From positions 20,522,001-20,586,000 of the forward strand of contig CM022679.1 of NCBI GenBank assembly GCA_012295275.1: a stretch of 64,000 bases of DNA, written 5' to 3'. Made by a program: the position numbers and the translations under genes. Each line of letters starts with the position of its first letter. Position 1 is the stretch's first letter. The notes under the pieces were generated by a model. That model saw only the letters and a program-made list of their open reading frames with translations. It was not told where the DNA came from and did no database searches. This document shows, piece by piece, positions 1-23,765 of the stretch. Source of the DNA: Chrysomallon squamiferum. Taxonomy: Eukaryota; Animalia; Mollusca.

Positions 1-289
1 TAAAAAAAACTGGAATACTGGAAAGGAAATACAGCTATTTTTGGCAATATGCACCTCTGGTGCAAGCGCAAGTGCAGATAGTCTGAATTAATCTTTAGGA
101 TCAGGCTAAAATGGAACCATCACCAAAACAAAACCATTTCCTTTGGTTTGGCTATAACAGCCCTCGTTACACTGGCTAAAACGTGAGATGAGTCAGGGCT
201 AAATATTGGTGAAACAAACCAGTTTTTGATACATTTTATTTACGGCAATGACATAATTTTCTATAACTTTTCCATAGTCAAAGTAACAA

Positions 290-360
290 AACCTGATTTT
301 TCAAAACTTCTAAAAATTTATAAAACTTTCTAAGACTTTCAAAAATACGTACGAACCCTG
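290..360. mobile_element. Probable right end of an hAT-like MITE (...GTACGAACCCTG)
   Basis: CAGGG-type terminus on the minus strand preceded by short AAAACTTT/AGACTTT subterminal repeats. The partner end is not visible. Confidence 0.35.
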
Positions 361-394
<34 letters not shown>

Positions 395-605
395 GCAGGA
401 AGGAATATTTAATGTACATCTTTCTGAATTGGAGAATTGGATAAAACGGGACATTATACTAACTGATCCTGTTTCCTTAGTTGTACAGAGTAGAAAAACC
501 CCACAAAAAATAATAACTACATAAAAACCAAACATACAATACTGTCTTAGTATGAAGAATGCAAAATTTGTAGTTAAACGTTCACTACAGAGAAAGTAGA
601 CTTAC

Positions 606-3515
606 TGACAGTAGTTGCTCCATAGTTCTCCATTTTCAATTCTCTCCAGTGTTTCAATATTTTGAGACATTGTCTCACGAAAAAGTCTGTTAATTTCCTT
701 GAACTCTTGGCTCTGCTGGTCAACCTGAAAATATCAGACAGATATAAATTAAAAAAGTTATTGTTTCTTTTTTTTTTTTTTAAATCCATAAACTCCCCTA
801 CAATTAATTGTCTTAAATATTTAAATATAATCATTTTAAATAATTTGCAATTTAAAACAATCCACTTTTCGTCATCCTGTTTCTTTTTTGATAATTATTA
901 AGTTTTTAACATTTGATATCTAAACTGCATTTCAAATAGATTTGAAAAATGAATTAATTTGAAACATGCTTTACCTGTATGGTGCATATAAAATCAGCAA
1001 TCTAAAGACTTTGTTAAATATTTAAGAGGAGATACCAGTGTCAGTAAAGTATAGCCTTGTGATAAGAAATAATGTAAATTTTATTCTCTATACTTTCAGG
1101 TTATGTTTGATTTTTTGTTTGCAATCCCATAGTCAATTAATAATAAAGTATAACAAAGGAAGGTTTCCAGATGAAAAATACCATTTTCCTACAATCACAA
1201 CATCACTGCATACATGATGGATCTATTTGCTTTTTGGATTCTTTTTGTGTTGTCAGGAAAACAGTGCATGCTCTGACTTTGCAAGTCCAATTGCAAGGAG
1301 TATAATAAGTCACCAACAATAATAAAATAATAATTTTAAACTGTAAACGAAACTGTTCAAAACACAGATGTAGCTTTTGGCTGGGGCAGGCACCATAGTT
1401 TGATGTTTACACATTTCAGAATTCAACTTAGGGAGATAAAAAGAATAATAATAAAATTAAAATTAAAGTAATTAATCATATAGGATTGAAGAAAAATTGT
1501 TACACTGTGATTCCCATACACAGATTATTTTTATTCAAGTTTATCTTTCTGTTATGAAAAATGACTCATGGCAGGCAGGCCAGTATTCAAAAGTGAAGTA
1601 TAATATGAATTCATGACAACATTATACTATTGGCTGGTTCATTATCAATTCAAAATAACTATATATATTTATCTGGTTCAGTAGTAAGACTAAAGTATAA
1701 TCTTAAATTAGAATAAAGTTAAACTATTGGCCAGTTGAGTATTAAAACAGAGGTTTAAACTGAAATCAGAATAACTTTATACTGTTGACTAGTATAGCTT
1801 TAAAACAGAAAATAAGAATAATATGCTTCTGTTTTAAAAATGATTGAAAATGAAGCCCATAATTAACTGTACTGAAGTAACTATTTCACACACCTGTTTC
1901 ACTTGATAATGCTCAATCACATCTTTTGATGTTACTTTCCATTCTTTTGGCACAGCACACTTCAACTGGCCATCAGCAACATCATCCACAGTTCTGAAAG
2001 TAAACCAGGATCAGCATATTAAAGATTCAAAAGAATTAAATTAAGACTGAAATATTTTGGACTAATTTTTGACATTACATTTGTTACATGTTTATAAAAT
2101 GCAGTTCCTTGATACCTAAAATAACTTGCTTTCTTAAGAGTTTGTTTATTAGTAAAATATGACATGAAAATAAGATCTCAAAACTTTTATGAAATGAACA
2201 ACTTTAAAAATTTCCAGTAGTTTTAGCACAATCATTATTATAATCAGTGGTCAAGATTTTTTATCAGTTTACAGATCTGAGTTTATCTGTAACAATGACT
2301 TAAATATTTGGTAAGAATTGCTAGACTTAAGTGTTTATATTTGCTATTTTAAATGTACCTTCTCTCAGTATTTTGTGGATGGAAGTAAGTTGTTCTGCGC
2401 CGAACCTTGCGTTCTGTGTTTGTTTCATTTCAGTGAATGACAGAACATATTTGAAGGATTCATTTTCAAACTGAATGTTAGCTTCTGGATTCTTTCGATA
2501 TTCTCTCTCAATCTTGTCACTATTAAGATCTGCTTTCCAACCATTTATATCCTTTAAGAATAAATAAATAGAAGCTTGAGTACATTAAGTAATGTGGTTG
2601 CTAATTAACTGCAACAGGATAAATGTTTTCAGATAAATGTTTTCAGTAGTCTGATATTAATTATATCATTAATGGATGATTTAAAATAGTTCATTTATTT
2701 TATCTACTTACTGGTTCACCATATTCTTTCCACTTTCCATTCGCATCCTGCCAGTACCAATGCCAGACTGTTGTCCATCTTTGAATGTAAGGAGGTGCTA
2801 TTGCAGAAGAAATTGTTGTTAACCTTCGAATAAGAATTTCATCTTCTCCATCCATGAACTCATCTCCAGTCATTGAATCAAAATCAATCTTTGTTACAAT
2901 GTCACTGAAAAATTACAGTTGAATAAATATTTCATTTCACTTTGTTGTTGTGAATAAATGGTTAAAATATACTGGTTTTTCTTACTTTGAAGTAATTATT
3001 TAATGTTTTTAATGGAAAACCTGTCTTTGCTAACAATAAGTAGAGCAGTAAAATAATACAGCTACAAAACATCTTATTGCCAAAATCTTACATCATACAT
3101 AGCAAACTGATAGCTGTGGTTAGAGAAAAAACAAAAACAAAAGGAAAGAAAGAGAGAGAAAAGGTTTCTTGATTGAAAAGTGTTTTTTTGTTTTTTAATT
3201 TACTACATAAAACATATATATTTTTTTAAGTAACAGTGCTCAAGATCTCTGATTTGCTTTTGTAATAGCACTTATTAATGAAACAAAAACTGTTTAATAT
3301 ATATATATATATTTCACATTACAAAAGACTGTTTTTACAAAATTAAAAGTACAAAACATTCATTAATACATATACCTAACAGTTTTTGTTGAACAGCTTG
3401 TAAGAACAATTTCCATTTAATCATTTTTAATGATCTTGTATTTAAACAAAAAATAAAATAAAAATAAAGAAACATTAAGAAACCCTAAGCTTACAAGCCT
3501 CTTTGTTTAATCATT

Positions 3516-3566
<51 letters not shown>

Positions 3567-4695
3567 CAATATTATACCCCATGTTTATAAAGCACTCAAA
3601 TACATCTGGTTGACAAAAGTTTTTCTCTATCCTAATGTTGTTGTCTTCATTAAAATCAGTCCATTCCAAATCAGTGTCTGTCTTCCACTGCCACTGGTAT
3701 ATTACTGACTTATGCTCAGAATAACAGGAAGATCCATGATAACATTTGCCTCTGAGATTATGAATACAAATTACTGATGGCTGTTTCCCTCTAGTTTTTT
3801 TATTTCTTTGTTTTCTGCCAGGCTGACTCATAGCACTTGATTTAGTTGGTGTTGTGGTGGTTCTAATTTCAGGTTGAAAATCAATTTCTCTTTCATCCAG
3901 ATATTTCATTGCATACTGATCACTCAAATAACATCTTTCAGCTGATCTGTGATGTTCTGGCTGATGCCCTAAACAGCCGGCATTTTGTGTTATTTCTTTA
4001 TGAAAGAATTCTCTAAGTTCTTGCAGAATTTCATCTGGTGACTTATTAATATTAAAACCATAGTGTTTCAGTACATTGGTAACATTTGGATCCTGAACAG
4101 AATGGTTTCGTTTGCAGTCATTAAACTTGCATGTACTTTCCAAAAAATACTTACACATATGTAACTTTTTGCAATTTCTATTTGGACATGTTTTTGAAGT
4201 ACAAATCTGCGGCATTGTGGTAACATTTCTGCAACTTGTCTGACAGACCAAAAACCTTAAATGTTCAAGTTCAATATTTTTGACATCAAGCAAATGAGCC
4301 CTGAAAACCTGCTCATTATGTCTTGATCTATAATCATGACCAAATGAGCACCTTTCACCAAAACTACAACGACCTGATAGGAAAAAATATTTGCATATAT
4401 GAAGGCTTCCGCATTCACCATCACAATTTCCATTTTTCTTTGTATGTTCTTGACATATTTTAATTTCTGTAATTGCGCATACTTGTAAATATGTATTTCC
4501 TTTAAGAACGATATTTCGGAATGAATAATATCGTGGATATTTCTTTAGAAACTTTATAAGTAAATCATTATCTCGAATGTTCACCTGTGTCTGTGATTTA
4601 AGCTCCAACGATAATGTCTCTATGCTTAACAAACATCGATGTCTTAGAAGAATAGAATTAATGTATACCGCTAATTGTTCGTTTTCCTTCGACAT
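606..4695 (-). CDS. PARP12/ZC3HAV1(ZAP)-like CCCH zinc-finger, tandem WWE, PARP protein (3'-partial, continues beyond position 1; apparent frameshift in exon 3)
   Basis: Exons are 4695-3578, 2904-2712, 2551-2359, 1993-1894 and 724-606, all GT-AG. Exon 1 encodes five CCCH-type fingers (e.g. CKYFFLSGRCSFGERCSFGH, CKYFLESTCKFNDCKRNH, CIHNLRGKCYHGSSCYSEH) and WWE1 (YQWQW..EWTDF). Exon 2 reads IRRLTTISSAIAPP..TTVWHWYWQDANGKWKEYG, the PARP12/ZAP WWE1-WWE2 signature. Exon 4 has VPKEW, and exon 5 has EFKEINRLFRETM..IETLERIENGELWSNY, the start of the PARP fold. Confidence 0.88.
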
Positions 4696-4790
4696 TATGA
4701 CAGTTCAGTATTATTCCACTTCTGGTTTCCCATGAATTTACTTTAAATTTATTATCTAAAATGGTTCTGCAAATAAAAAAAAATTTTGTC

Positions 4791-4802
4791 GAAATCGAAA
4801 GT
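4791..4802. promoter_or_regulatory. ISRE/IRF-binding-like motif GAAATCGAAAGT about 100 bp upstream of the PARP12-like ATG
   Basis: Matches the GAAANNGAAA(C/G)T consensus and lies in a CpG-containing stretch with an ETS-like ACTTCCGGT at 4906-4914. Motif match only. Confidence 0.4.
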
Positions 4803-5622
4803 AGAGCAAATACTGCGAATTATTTCATCTGTCACTTCTCGCGTGAATATGCGGAATCTTCAGTTTATGTGCCTAGGCCCCTAAACTATAGCCAAACAGT
4901 TCTCAACTTCCGGTGATGGCAAAAACTAGAAGTTTCTATGTTAGAACCTACATAGTAACATAATAAAACAAAAAGTAATTAAATAAACAAAATTAAAATT
5001 TAAAATTAAAACATACAAAATTTATTGTGGTAATTTGAAAAGTAATGGAATAAAGGCAATTTTACATTCAAGAAATTCTTCTAATTTCAGTCTGTTGTTT
5101 CAGGCTTATAAATGTATTTATATGTAGGAGAATAAAAAAAAATTATCCAATCAACTAGTAGTCGAAGAACATTTATAAAAGTAATGCAAGCGTATGAATA
5201 GAGTAATAAAACATATTTCTATGAATATCCCACGTATTATATGATTTTATAAACACACAAATACTGTATAACGTATATCACAAAAATCGCGCGCGTTGGA
5301 TACCTATATAAATATATCGAAAACGCGTATTGCATCCCTATATTTTCAGTGTTCCATCCCGTTTTATATTACTTACATCCAAAGGATTCCGTATAATCTA
5401 TCTCTCTATCTATAGTACAGTTTTTGAAGTTGGAATCCATATTTTCACTATCATTAATCGATCGCTTTAATACTTCATCATTAAAGCAAAAGAAGAAAAT
5501 AAAATCGATTAAGCTGGTGATGTGTGGTCAGCGTGACTGTTGTTAAACGTTTTGGCAGAAATTGTTTGGCTCGTGTTTGTGACATTACATTTATCTTTTC
5601 ATTTCGTGATTTGGGATTACTG

Positions 5623-5654
<32 letters not shown>

Positions 5655-6290
5655 AAGACAACAACAACAAAACAAGGTATCTCAATACTGAGAAAACAAC
5701 ACAAACAACATATCTCATTTACAAAGGAAAATATACAACGAAACAACAATAACAGCCAAACGTATATCATTAAAACTTAAAATAATAATAAATAAATAAA
5801 TAAAATAATAAAAATAGCAACAACAAGACTAATAACAAAAAAAGCATATATCAATACTGGAAAAACAGCAACACAAACAACATACTCATTAATAGTGGAA
5901 AACTAAAAGTAGTTGTAAAAGACAACAGCATGTTAACTGGCATGTCATGAGGCGTTTTCTCATCAAACAGTTTCTCAGTATGTTGTTAATATTACAAAAA
6001 TCATTATTTGTCATATATCTAGCTCCAGCTAAGTTTATCAGAAAATTGCAAACTGTTAAACAAACACAGAATTCTATTTTTGTTGTTGCAGGAAATGTAA
6101 CTCAGTTTAACAGAAAAATATTGTAACAACAGAGTGGCTTCCCTTTTATATGTAGTTATTATTCAGATATCTGTTACCTTTTTCCAGGAAAGACAAGTGT
6201 TTTAATTATTACAAATCATTTATTATTATTTTATTTTCGTATTATTCTTTCATCTTGAACGTTGTATCTCGTATCCTCGATCTTTTCAAA

Positions 6291-6328
<38 letters not shown>

Positions 6329-6340
6329 AAACATCTACAG

Positions 6341-6440
6341 CAGCGTTTCTCAACCTTTTCACCCTTGCGTAACTTTTGAAATAAATTACGTCTTAAGGAA
6401 TCCCTGCATAAAAAAATGTATATCCCTCATCACGAGGTTT
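6341..6440 (+). mobile_element. Probable hAT/Charlie-like left end fragment
   Basis: CAGCGTTTCTCAACCTTTT resembles Charlie-type termini. No right TIR found. Confidence 0.35.
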
Positions 6441-6730
6441 TTATTCACAAACACACACACACACACACACAAATCTAAACTCAAACGTAAAAAATAAACA
6501 TTTGTAACAAATATCACATACTTATAACACATAGGTGTAAACAGAACGAAAGCAGATAACTGCTACATCAATTTATCATCTTTTTATCCTATACTGAAAT
6601 GTTGAAAAGACATAAAATAAATCAGTGAATGGACAAGGAAATGTGACTTTTAGAGCCATTTGATAAAGTGAAATAGCTAATTTAATGAAAATCTCCGAGA
6701 TCAAGGTAATGGATTTGAAAGTTTATTTTA

Positions 6731-6764
<34 letters not shown>

Positions 6765-8123
6765 TTTATTTTAGATCAAATGAAATATGAAGAGTAAACT
6801 GTTGCTCCCCTACAGCAAACTAAGCACATTACTTCGTTCATCGCCATCAAATGTACGAACAGTATTCCCTAAGTGTATGCTTCCCTCGTTATTGGCTACA
6901 CTCCGCTGTCAGTTTCGGCAAGCTTAGTTCCATCTGCCAGACACGATGTCTATATATAACATACACGTTTTTAAAATTATCACCTATAGATATATTATAT
7001 AATTTGGTTTTGAATATGACTTTTTATCAAAAGGTTTTGTCATTAGAAAACTTTCTAAAATAAATAGTTAATTAATTGATATATATATATAATAAATAAA
7101 TGTTCCAAAGGTTTTGATAGTTGTTTTGTTTTGCTTTGAAGAAAGAAAAGAAAAATGATATAAAAATATAGATAAAAAAAACACCCCAAAACTCACAATT
7201 ATTAATTGGGTTATTTCAATAATTTATTATTATATTATTTACTGTATTGATTTAAAATAGTTCTTAGTAACATTAAAATTTTATTTGAAAAGAAAAAAAA
7301 AAATTTTGACAAGAGGAAAGGATAGTCATCAAACCTTTCATCTTTTTTTTTTTTATCAGCCTTTACTAGCTCTAAGATTGCCTCGATGCTGATGAAAACA
7401 GCAACTTTTTAAATGGAAAAGATGATCCCCTTAAAAATTAACATTTCTGATTCTCTAATTTATCGCTTTTAAATGTATTTCACCATTTAGATCTGTTAAC
7501 TCTGATATTAAAATTATTTTTGTAGACTGACGTTATGAATTTTCAAAGATTTTATTTGATTATTATGAATTATGAAAAAACATTAGACCGAATATTCTTT
7601 TGACGAAGATGGACAATCTCGTCTTTGTTTTAATGCAAAAACCAGTTACCAAATCACTTTATTTTACAAGTATTATTTTCGACTTAAAATACGTTTTACC
7701 TAACAATTTCACAACTTAAGAAATATTTATTTAACTGCCACGTCAAAATAAAGCAGTGACAGTTATCTGCCATTAATTTAGTAACAAAGAAAAAATAAAT
7801 AAATGAAATGCAAGTGATTTTTCTAACGTGAATATTTACCACCGCATTAATCATTATATTTTACTGCAATTTTGTTAATACAGTATTTGCAGAATTATAT
7901 AATTACACAATACTTAACTTACATGAAGCATATACATAAAGACGAATACTGAAAAAATTAATAAAATGATAATGGTTTCGGCTGACAAAACTGAAAATAA
8001 ATTTAGTAGTAAAAGAAGAAAAACGAAAAAAAGAAACCGTCTATAAGGAGATGATTTTGGGTTTGTCAAAACCAGTTGTCATTTTGATGACATTGTAACT
8101 GATTGTTGATTTTATTTTATTCC

Positions 8124-8157
<34 letters not shown>

Positions 8158-8625
8158 TACTTTTTTCATCGACTTCAGGTCCTATTAATATAGATGCTGC
8201 TGGAAAACGCGCCTGAAGCAGAAATTGGCGGTAGAAGTCAAATGTTGATAATTACTTCCTACTTACCTCCCTTGAGTTAAACGAGGAAATAACAAAATAT
8301 CAACTACATTAAGTCGAAAACTATAATTTAAAATCTCAAAAATTCCCAGTGATATTTTATTTTCATCACTTGCAAGTATATCCTAGAATCACTGTTCATT
8401 AATATGCAAATATTACAAATACTTGAATAGTTTTATAAACATATTTTGAAGAAAAATCCCGACAATACAAAAATTTGCTGAGAATCAATAATTAACATTA
8501 GTATAATTTAGTATAATTTACGTACGTTTAATATGTAATATTTATATTACCAATATAAAATATATATATAAAAATTAAGATTGAGAGTTATTATTATGAA
8601 TAAAATACTTCTCGTTTTCAGAGTC

Positions 8626-17744
<9,119 letters not shown>

Positions 17745-17956
17745 TTTCTTTTCAATAATATGAAAGATGAATTATAACAATGTTCAAGATGTTTTTGTTA
17801 GTTACTCAAGTTTAAAGTGAGTTTATTAAAAAAAATTTAAGAAGATTTGGCTTTTTTTTTTAATTGCTGCTGTTCATTCTTTGTCAATGCGAAAAAGGCG
17901 AAATATAATCAGATGACTTTTGTTCTTTTTTTCACTTCAATCCAATGCTGTTAATA

Positions 17957-18039
17957 TATTGGGTTGGCAACTAAGTTCCCGCCATTTTGTTTAAATCTAT
18001 TGTTTTTAAAACGGCGGGAACTTAGTTGCCAACCCAATA
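17957..18039. mobile_element. 83-bp MADE1-like mariner MITE (near-perfect palindrome) with TA target-site duplication
   Basis: TATTGGGTTGGCAACTAAGTTCCCGCC...GGCGGGAACTTAGTTGCCAACCCAATA, flanked by TA at 17955-56 and 18040-41. The TIR resembles mariner ITRs (mellifera-type, from memory). Confidence 0.88.
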
Positions 18040-18121
18040 TATTCATAACAAAGGTTCCTTTAACAGAAAACTGCAGAACCATTAATAGAAAACAAACCCC
18101 ACCAATTCTGCTGCTGTTGTA

Positions 18122-18629
18122 TTGTGTTTGATTTTGTGCAGTATTTTGCCAAATGTCTTTTTTCAGACCACGAACCGCAAGAGAGTGTGTGCAAAGGACA
18201 GTGCTGAGAAGCGGATGTCCATTGAATTAAAGCATGAAATCATAGAAAAACATGAGCGAGGTGTGCACGTAGTTGACTTGGCGAGGCAGTACAAGCATAG
18301 TACTTCTACGATATGTACCATGCTGAAGCATGAGTCAAAGGCTGTAACTCCAGCCAAAGGCATTAAAAGAATTTAGCTGACCTCCAAGATACATACACTT
18401 TACAAATCCAAATTATTTCTTTACATTCTTTGGTGTTTTTTTTACATGTTATTTAAAAACGTTTCAAAAAAAAATGGGGCGTTTTTTTGGGGTGTTTTTT
18501 TTTGGGGGGCTGGATCAGATTAATGGTATTTCAATTAATTTCAGCGGGTAAAATTGATTTGATATACAAGCAAATTGAGTATGAGCTCAGTCACTGAATG
18601 CATTAAACTTTTAAGTCAGGATACCACTG
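18122..18629 (+). mobile_element. Decayed Tigger/pogo DNA transposon fragment (N-terminal HTH of transposase plus right end)
   Basis: ORF 18122-18376 contains KRMSIELKHEIIEKHERGVHVVDLARQYKHSTSTICTMLK, a CENP-B/Tigger HTH. The element ends ...GATACCACTG followed by TA at 18630-31. Confidence 0.8.
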
Positions 18630-18838
18630 TATTCCTATTTTATTTTCACATTTTCAGCCTGTTTTCAAAATAATCGACACTCTTTTGCTGTCTGCATTTG
18701 TTCACATAAAATGATTCACATCAGTTTTCCAATTATTTCTCATTTAAAGGTAAAACTAACAATTATTTTCTTTCAAACTGATTTATTACATGGATGTCAC
18801 AGAACATGAATATCAGTCAGTAAAATGTCAATTTTTTT

Positions 18839-20839
<2,001 letters not shown>

Positions 20840-22177
20840 TCAAGACCTAAATGAAAAAATATTTATGAGCAAGTTATTTTTCACTGCCATGTTCTTGTAA
20901 TTATTGTAAGTAGCTGAGAAAATAGCAATACTACTATTCAACTGCTGTATTTAAAAATGTACCAGAAAAAAAATAGTTCCAGTCATTCCCCTCTCTAATT
21001 AACACTCTAAAGAGGAATTTGAGAAGTTATGAGGAAAAGGGAGTGTTTGCCTTTTGTGGAGCCAGGTTAAGAAAAAGAATGGTTTACATAACTAAGTATT
21101 CCCAATAAAATTGCAACATTCTACAGAAAATTATTGTGCCTATAGATAAATATTCATTTAGCACAACTATTTATATAGGTTCTAATTTCTGTTTTTGTTA
21201 TGTAGTTAAATATTTAAATTTTAAAAGTTATCTTATTTTTTAACAATACACTGTAGCCATGAATCAGGCTAGGAAATTGTTAATGTGTGAAAATAGAAAA
21301 AGCACTGAACCATTTCAGATGCTAAACATATGTAGAATTTTATAGAATAAAAAGAAAAGTTACTGTAAGTGGATTAAATCATTTTTACTTGATAACAGTA
21401 TAAATGGTTAATTAACATGAGTTGTGATAAAGAAATCAGATTTAAAGCAAAACATTGCTGACTAGAAATGATAGAGCCAAATGGTGTACAATAACTAAAC
21501 TAGTGACTGAAAGAGAAAAAGATTTTAAACTTTTTTCTATGATATGTAAAAGCTTGTACACTGATGTGTTTTAATGGTACAATTCATCAGTCTTGAAAAG
21601 TGATCTTTTTGAACACTGGCTTAATTTCTCAACATTTTGAGTATTACAATTTCACAATTAAGGCGCAAGGTACTTTTAAGATAATTAGTGCAGTTAATAA
21701 AAATTTGTAAATACTGACATCTTGCTTAAGAATACCGTACACAGTTTAGCTTTATTCTGATAGATAACAATGCATAATTTATGTACTCAGTACTGGATTA
21801 AAAAAACTACGGTGAATACGACATTCAGTATTTATAAATATAATAATGCAAAACGAGAAACGAATCACCGATTCCGTTTCTTCATAAACTATGGAGGAAA
21901 CATACCCTCAAATTTTATTCATATAAAAATTCGTTTAGTACCTTTGATCCCTCAGTAATTACTAAACAGTGAGAAAAATAGTTTTAGTGGGGAAATTCAT
22001 CGGGACTTTTCGTCCTATTGTTTTTTTGTTTATATCAACTCTTTCGATATCGAATTTTGAACAGCAGACGATTATATCTGAGTACCACAGTATTACCCAA
22101 AAGAACAACATCAAAATAATCTAATAATATCCATTACTAGCAATATTATATCGCTACACTAACTTAACACAGCTTAC

Positions 22178-22208
22178 CGCTAAGGCAGCCACCACGTGAA
22201 AGGAAGAA
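22178..22208 (-). promoter_or_regulatory. RPS9: RPS9 non-coding exon 1 with TCT initiator / 5'TOP tract
   Basis: The minus strand reads TTTTCTTCCTTTCACGTGGTGGCTGCCTTAGCG|GTAAGC: a polypyrimidine start typical of ribosomal-protein genes followed by a consensus donor. The acceptor TTAG|GTCTTG at 20846 lies upstream of the ATG. Confidence 0.8.
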
Positions 22209-23663
22209 AATAGTTTGATTCGCACCAAATACATACGCTGTGTAATAGAAAAAGCATTTATTAATGGAAAAACCAAATCGAACAATACATCATCTGTATT
22301 TGATAGAAAATATCAAATTATAACATTTTTATGTAAGTTAATGGACAGCAATAAGTATAAATAAATATTTAATTTCGCACTATATTCCGGATGTCGTTTA
22401 TAGAAGGTAATTTGTCGGCCTAGTGTTGACCGATTCATTTCAACGCTTTCCGCTTTATCCAAATTGCATGGTATGGAGAACTCTTTTTACGTGCCCACGT
22501 CCAATTCAAGGTTCGGGCACTGATCCAAATTGCAATAGAACATTCGCACCAGTCCAATACTTAAAACCTAATGAATTTCAACGTTACCGAAAAGTAAAGT
22601 GTAACATCCATAAACTGAATAATAATTATTCTATTATATGATATGTTATTATTCACACATTAGATAAATTCACAGTTTTTATGATGAACACATTTTCAAA
22701 TCTTTCAAATAAATTCAGTCATATAAGTTTTTTGATTAAAAAAAAAATGCTGGCAGAAATGTTCATGATTAAATAATTAAGATGTTAGCAAATTAAACAT
22801 ACGCATATTTATTGGACAAGTACAGCAGTGATATATTTCGGTTTTCTATTATTATTATTTTTTTACATTAAAATTTGACATACTCACTTCTGGTGACTTT
22901 ACTAGCATGGACCAATTAAACCGGAGAAATCTCGAGCCATTTTTGGAGCAGACGAAAATTGTGCCATTACAAGTTATCTTTCCTGTTGGTCCATTACCCA
23001 TGATATTTTTTGCCATTATTTATTTATTTATTTATTTATTAGTATTATTGTTATTACTCTTGATATTTTTTGCACTCATTTATTTATTTATTTATTTGTT
23101 TATATATTATTATTACATTTCTTGTTCATCATACAATCTTGCTGATTATGAACAAGAAGTATACAAAATGATGTTATATTTATTTTGACCAAATGGTTGT
23201 AAAATGGAGTATGTATTGCTTTTAATTTTTGTATTTTTCTCCGTTAAAATGAGGGCTTACAAATGATGTAATTGGCAATGATAATGTATTTAATGAATAC
23301 AGTGAAGGTATGAATCATTTTAATATTGTAATAATAGTAAAAACAATAACAACAACACGAATAATATCAATATAAACAACAGTACTGACAACAACAGCAT
23401 CAGGAATAATAATAATTACAATAACAGTAACAACTGTCATCGTAATAAGAAATATTACGAGTATTCTAGACAAACCGAAAGAATTTTAAAAAGAAATCGA
23501 ACCAGAAGAAATGGCGAGTATTCGTTTATGGTTTCCTTGTTGTCAGTAATTCCGTACATTGTTATTACATATATTTATACCAGAATGTATCAATAATATA
23601 TCTGTCTTCCTGTTACAGATTGTGGTGGTCAGCTCGGTTTCTATATAAAGTGACCGGTCAATC

Positions 23664-23665
<2 letters not shown>

Positions 23666-23730
<65 letters not shown>

Positions 23731-23765
23731 GGAGGGAGGGAGGGAGGGAGGGAGAGAGAGAGAGA
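23666..23765. repeat. (AG)n/(GGAG)n polypurine microsatellite
   Basis: Seen directly. Other microsatellites: (TA)n 3520-3558, (GT)n 26027-26073, (CT)n 27576-27632 and 29200-29261, (GT)n 53146-53177. Confidence 0.95.

Noticed and set aside
574-834. 86-aa minus-strand ORF as a separate gene
   Set aside because: Off-frame overlap of the PARP12-like exon 724-606.
21555-21595. TGATGA-containing hairpin in RPS9 intron 1 as a C/D snoRNA
   Set aside because: No suitably placed D box or recognisable guide.
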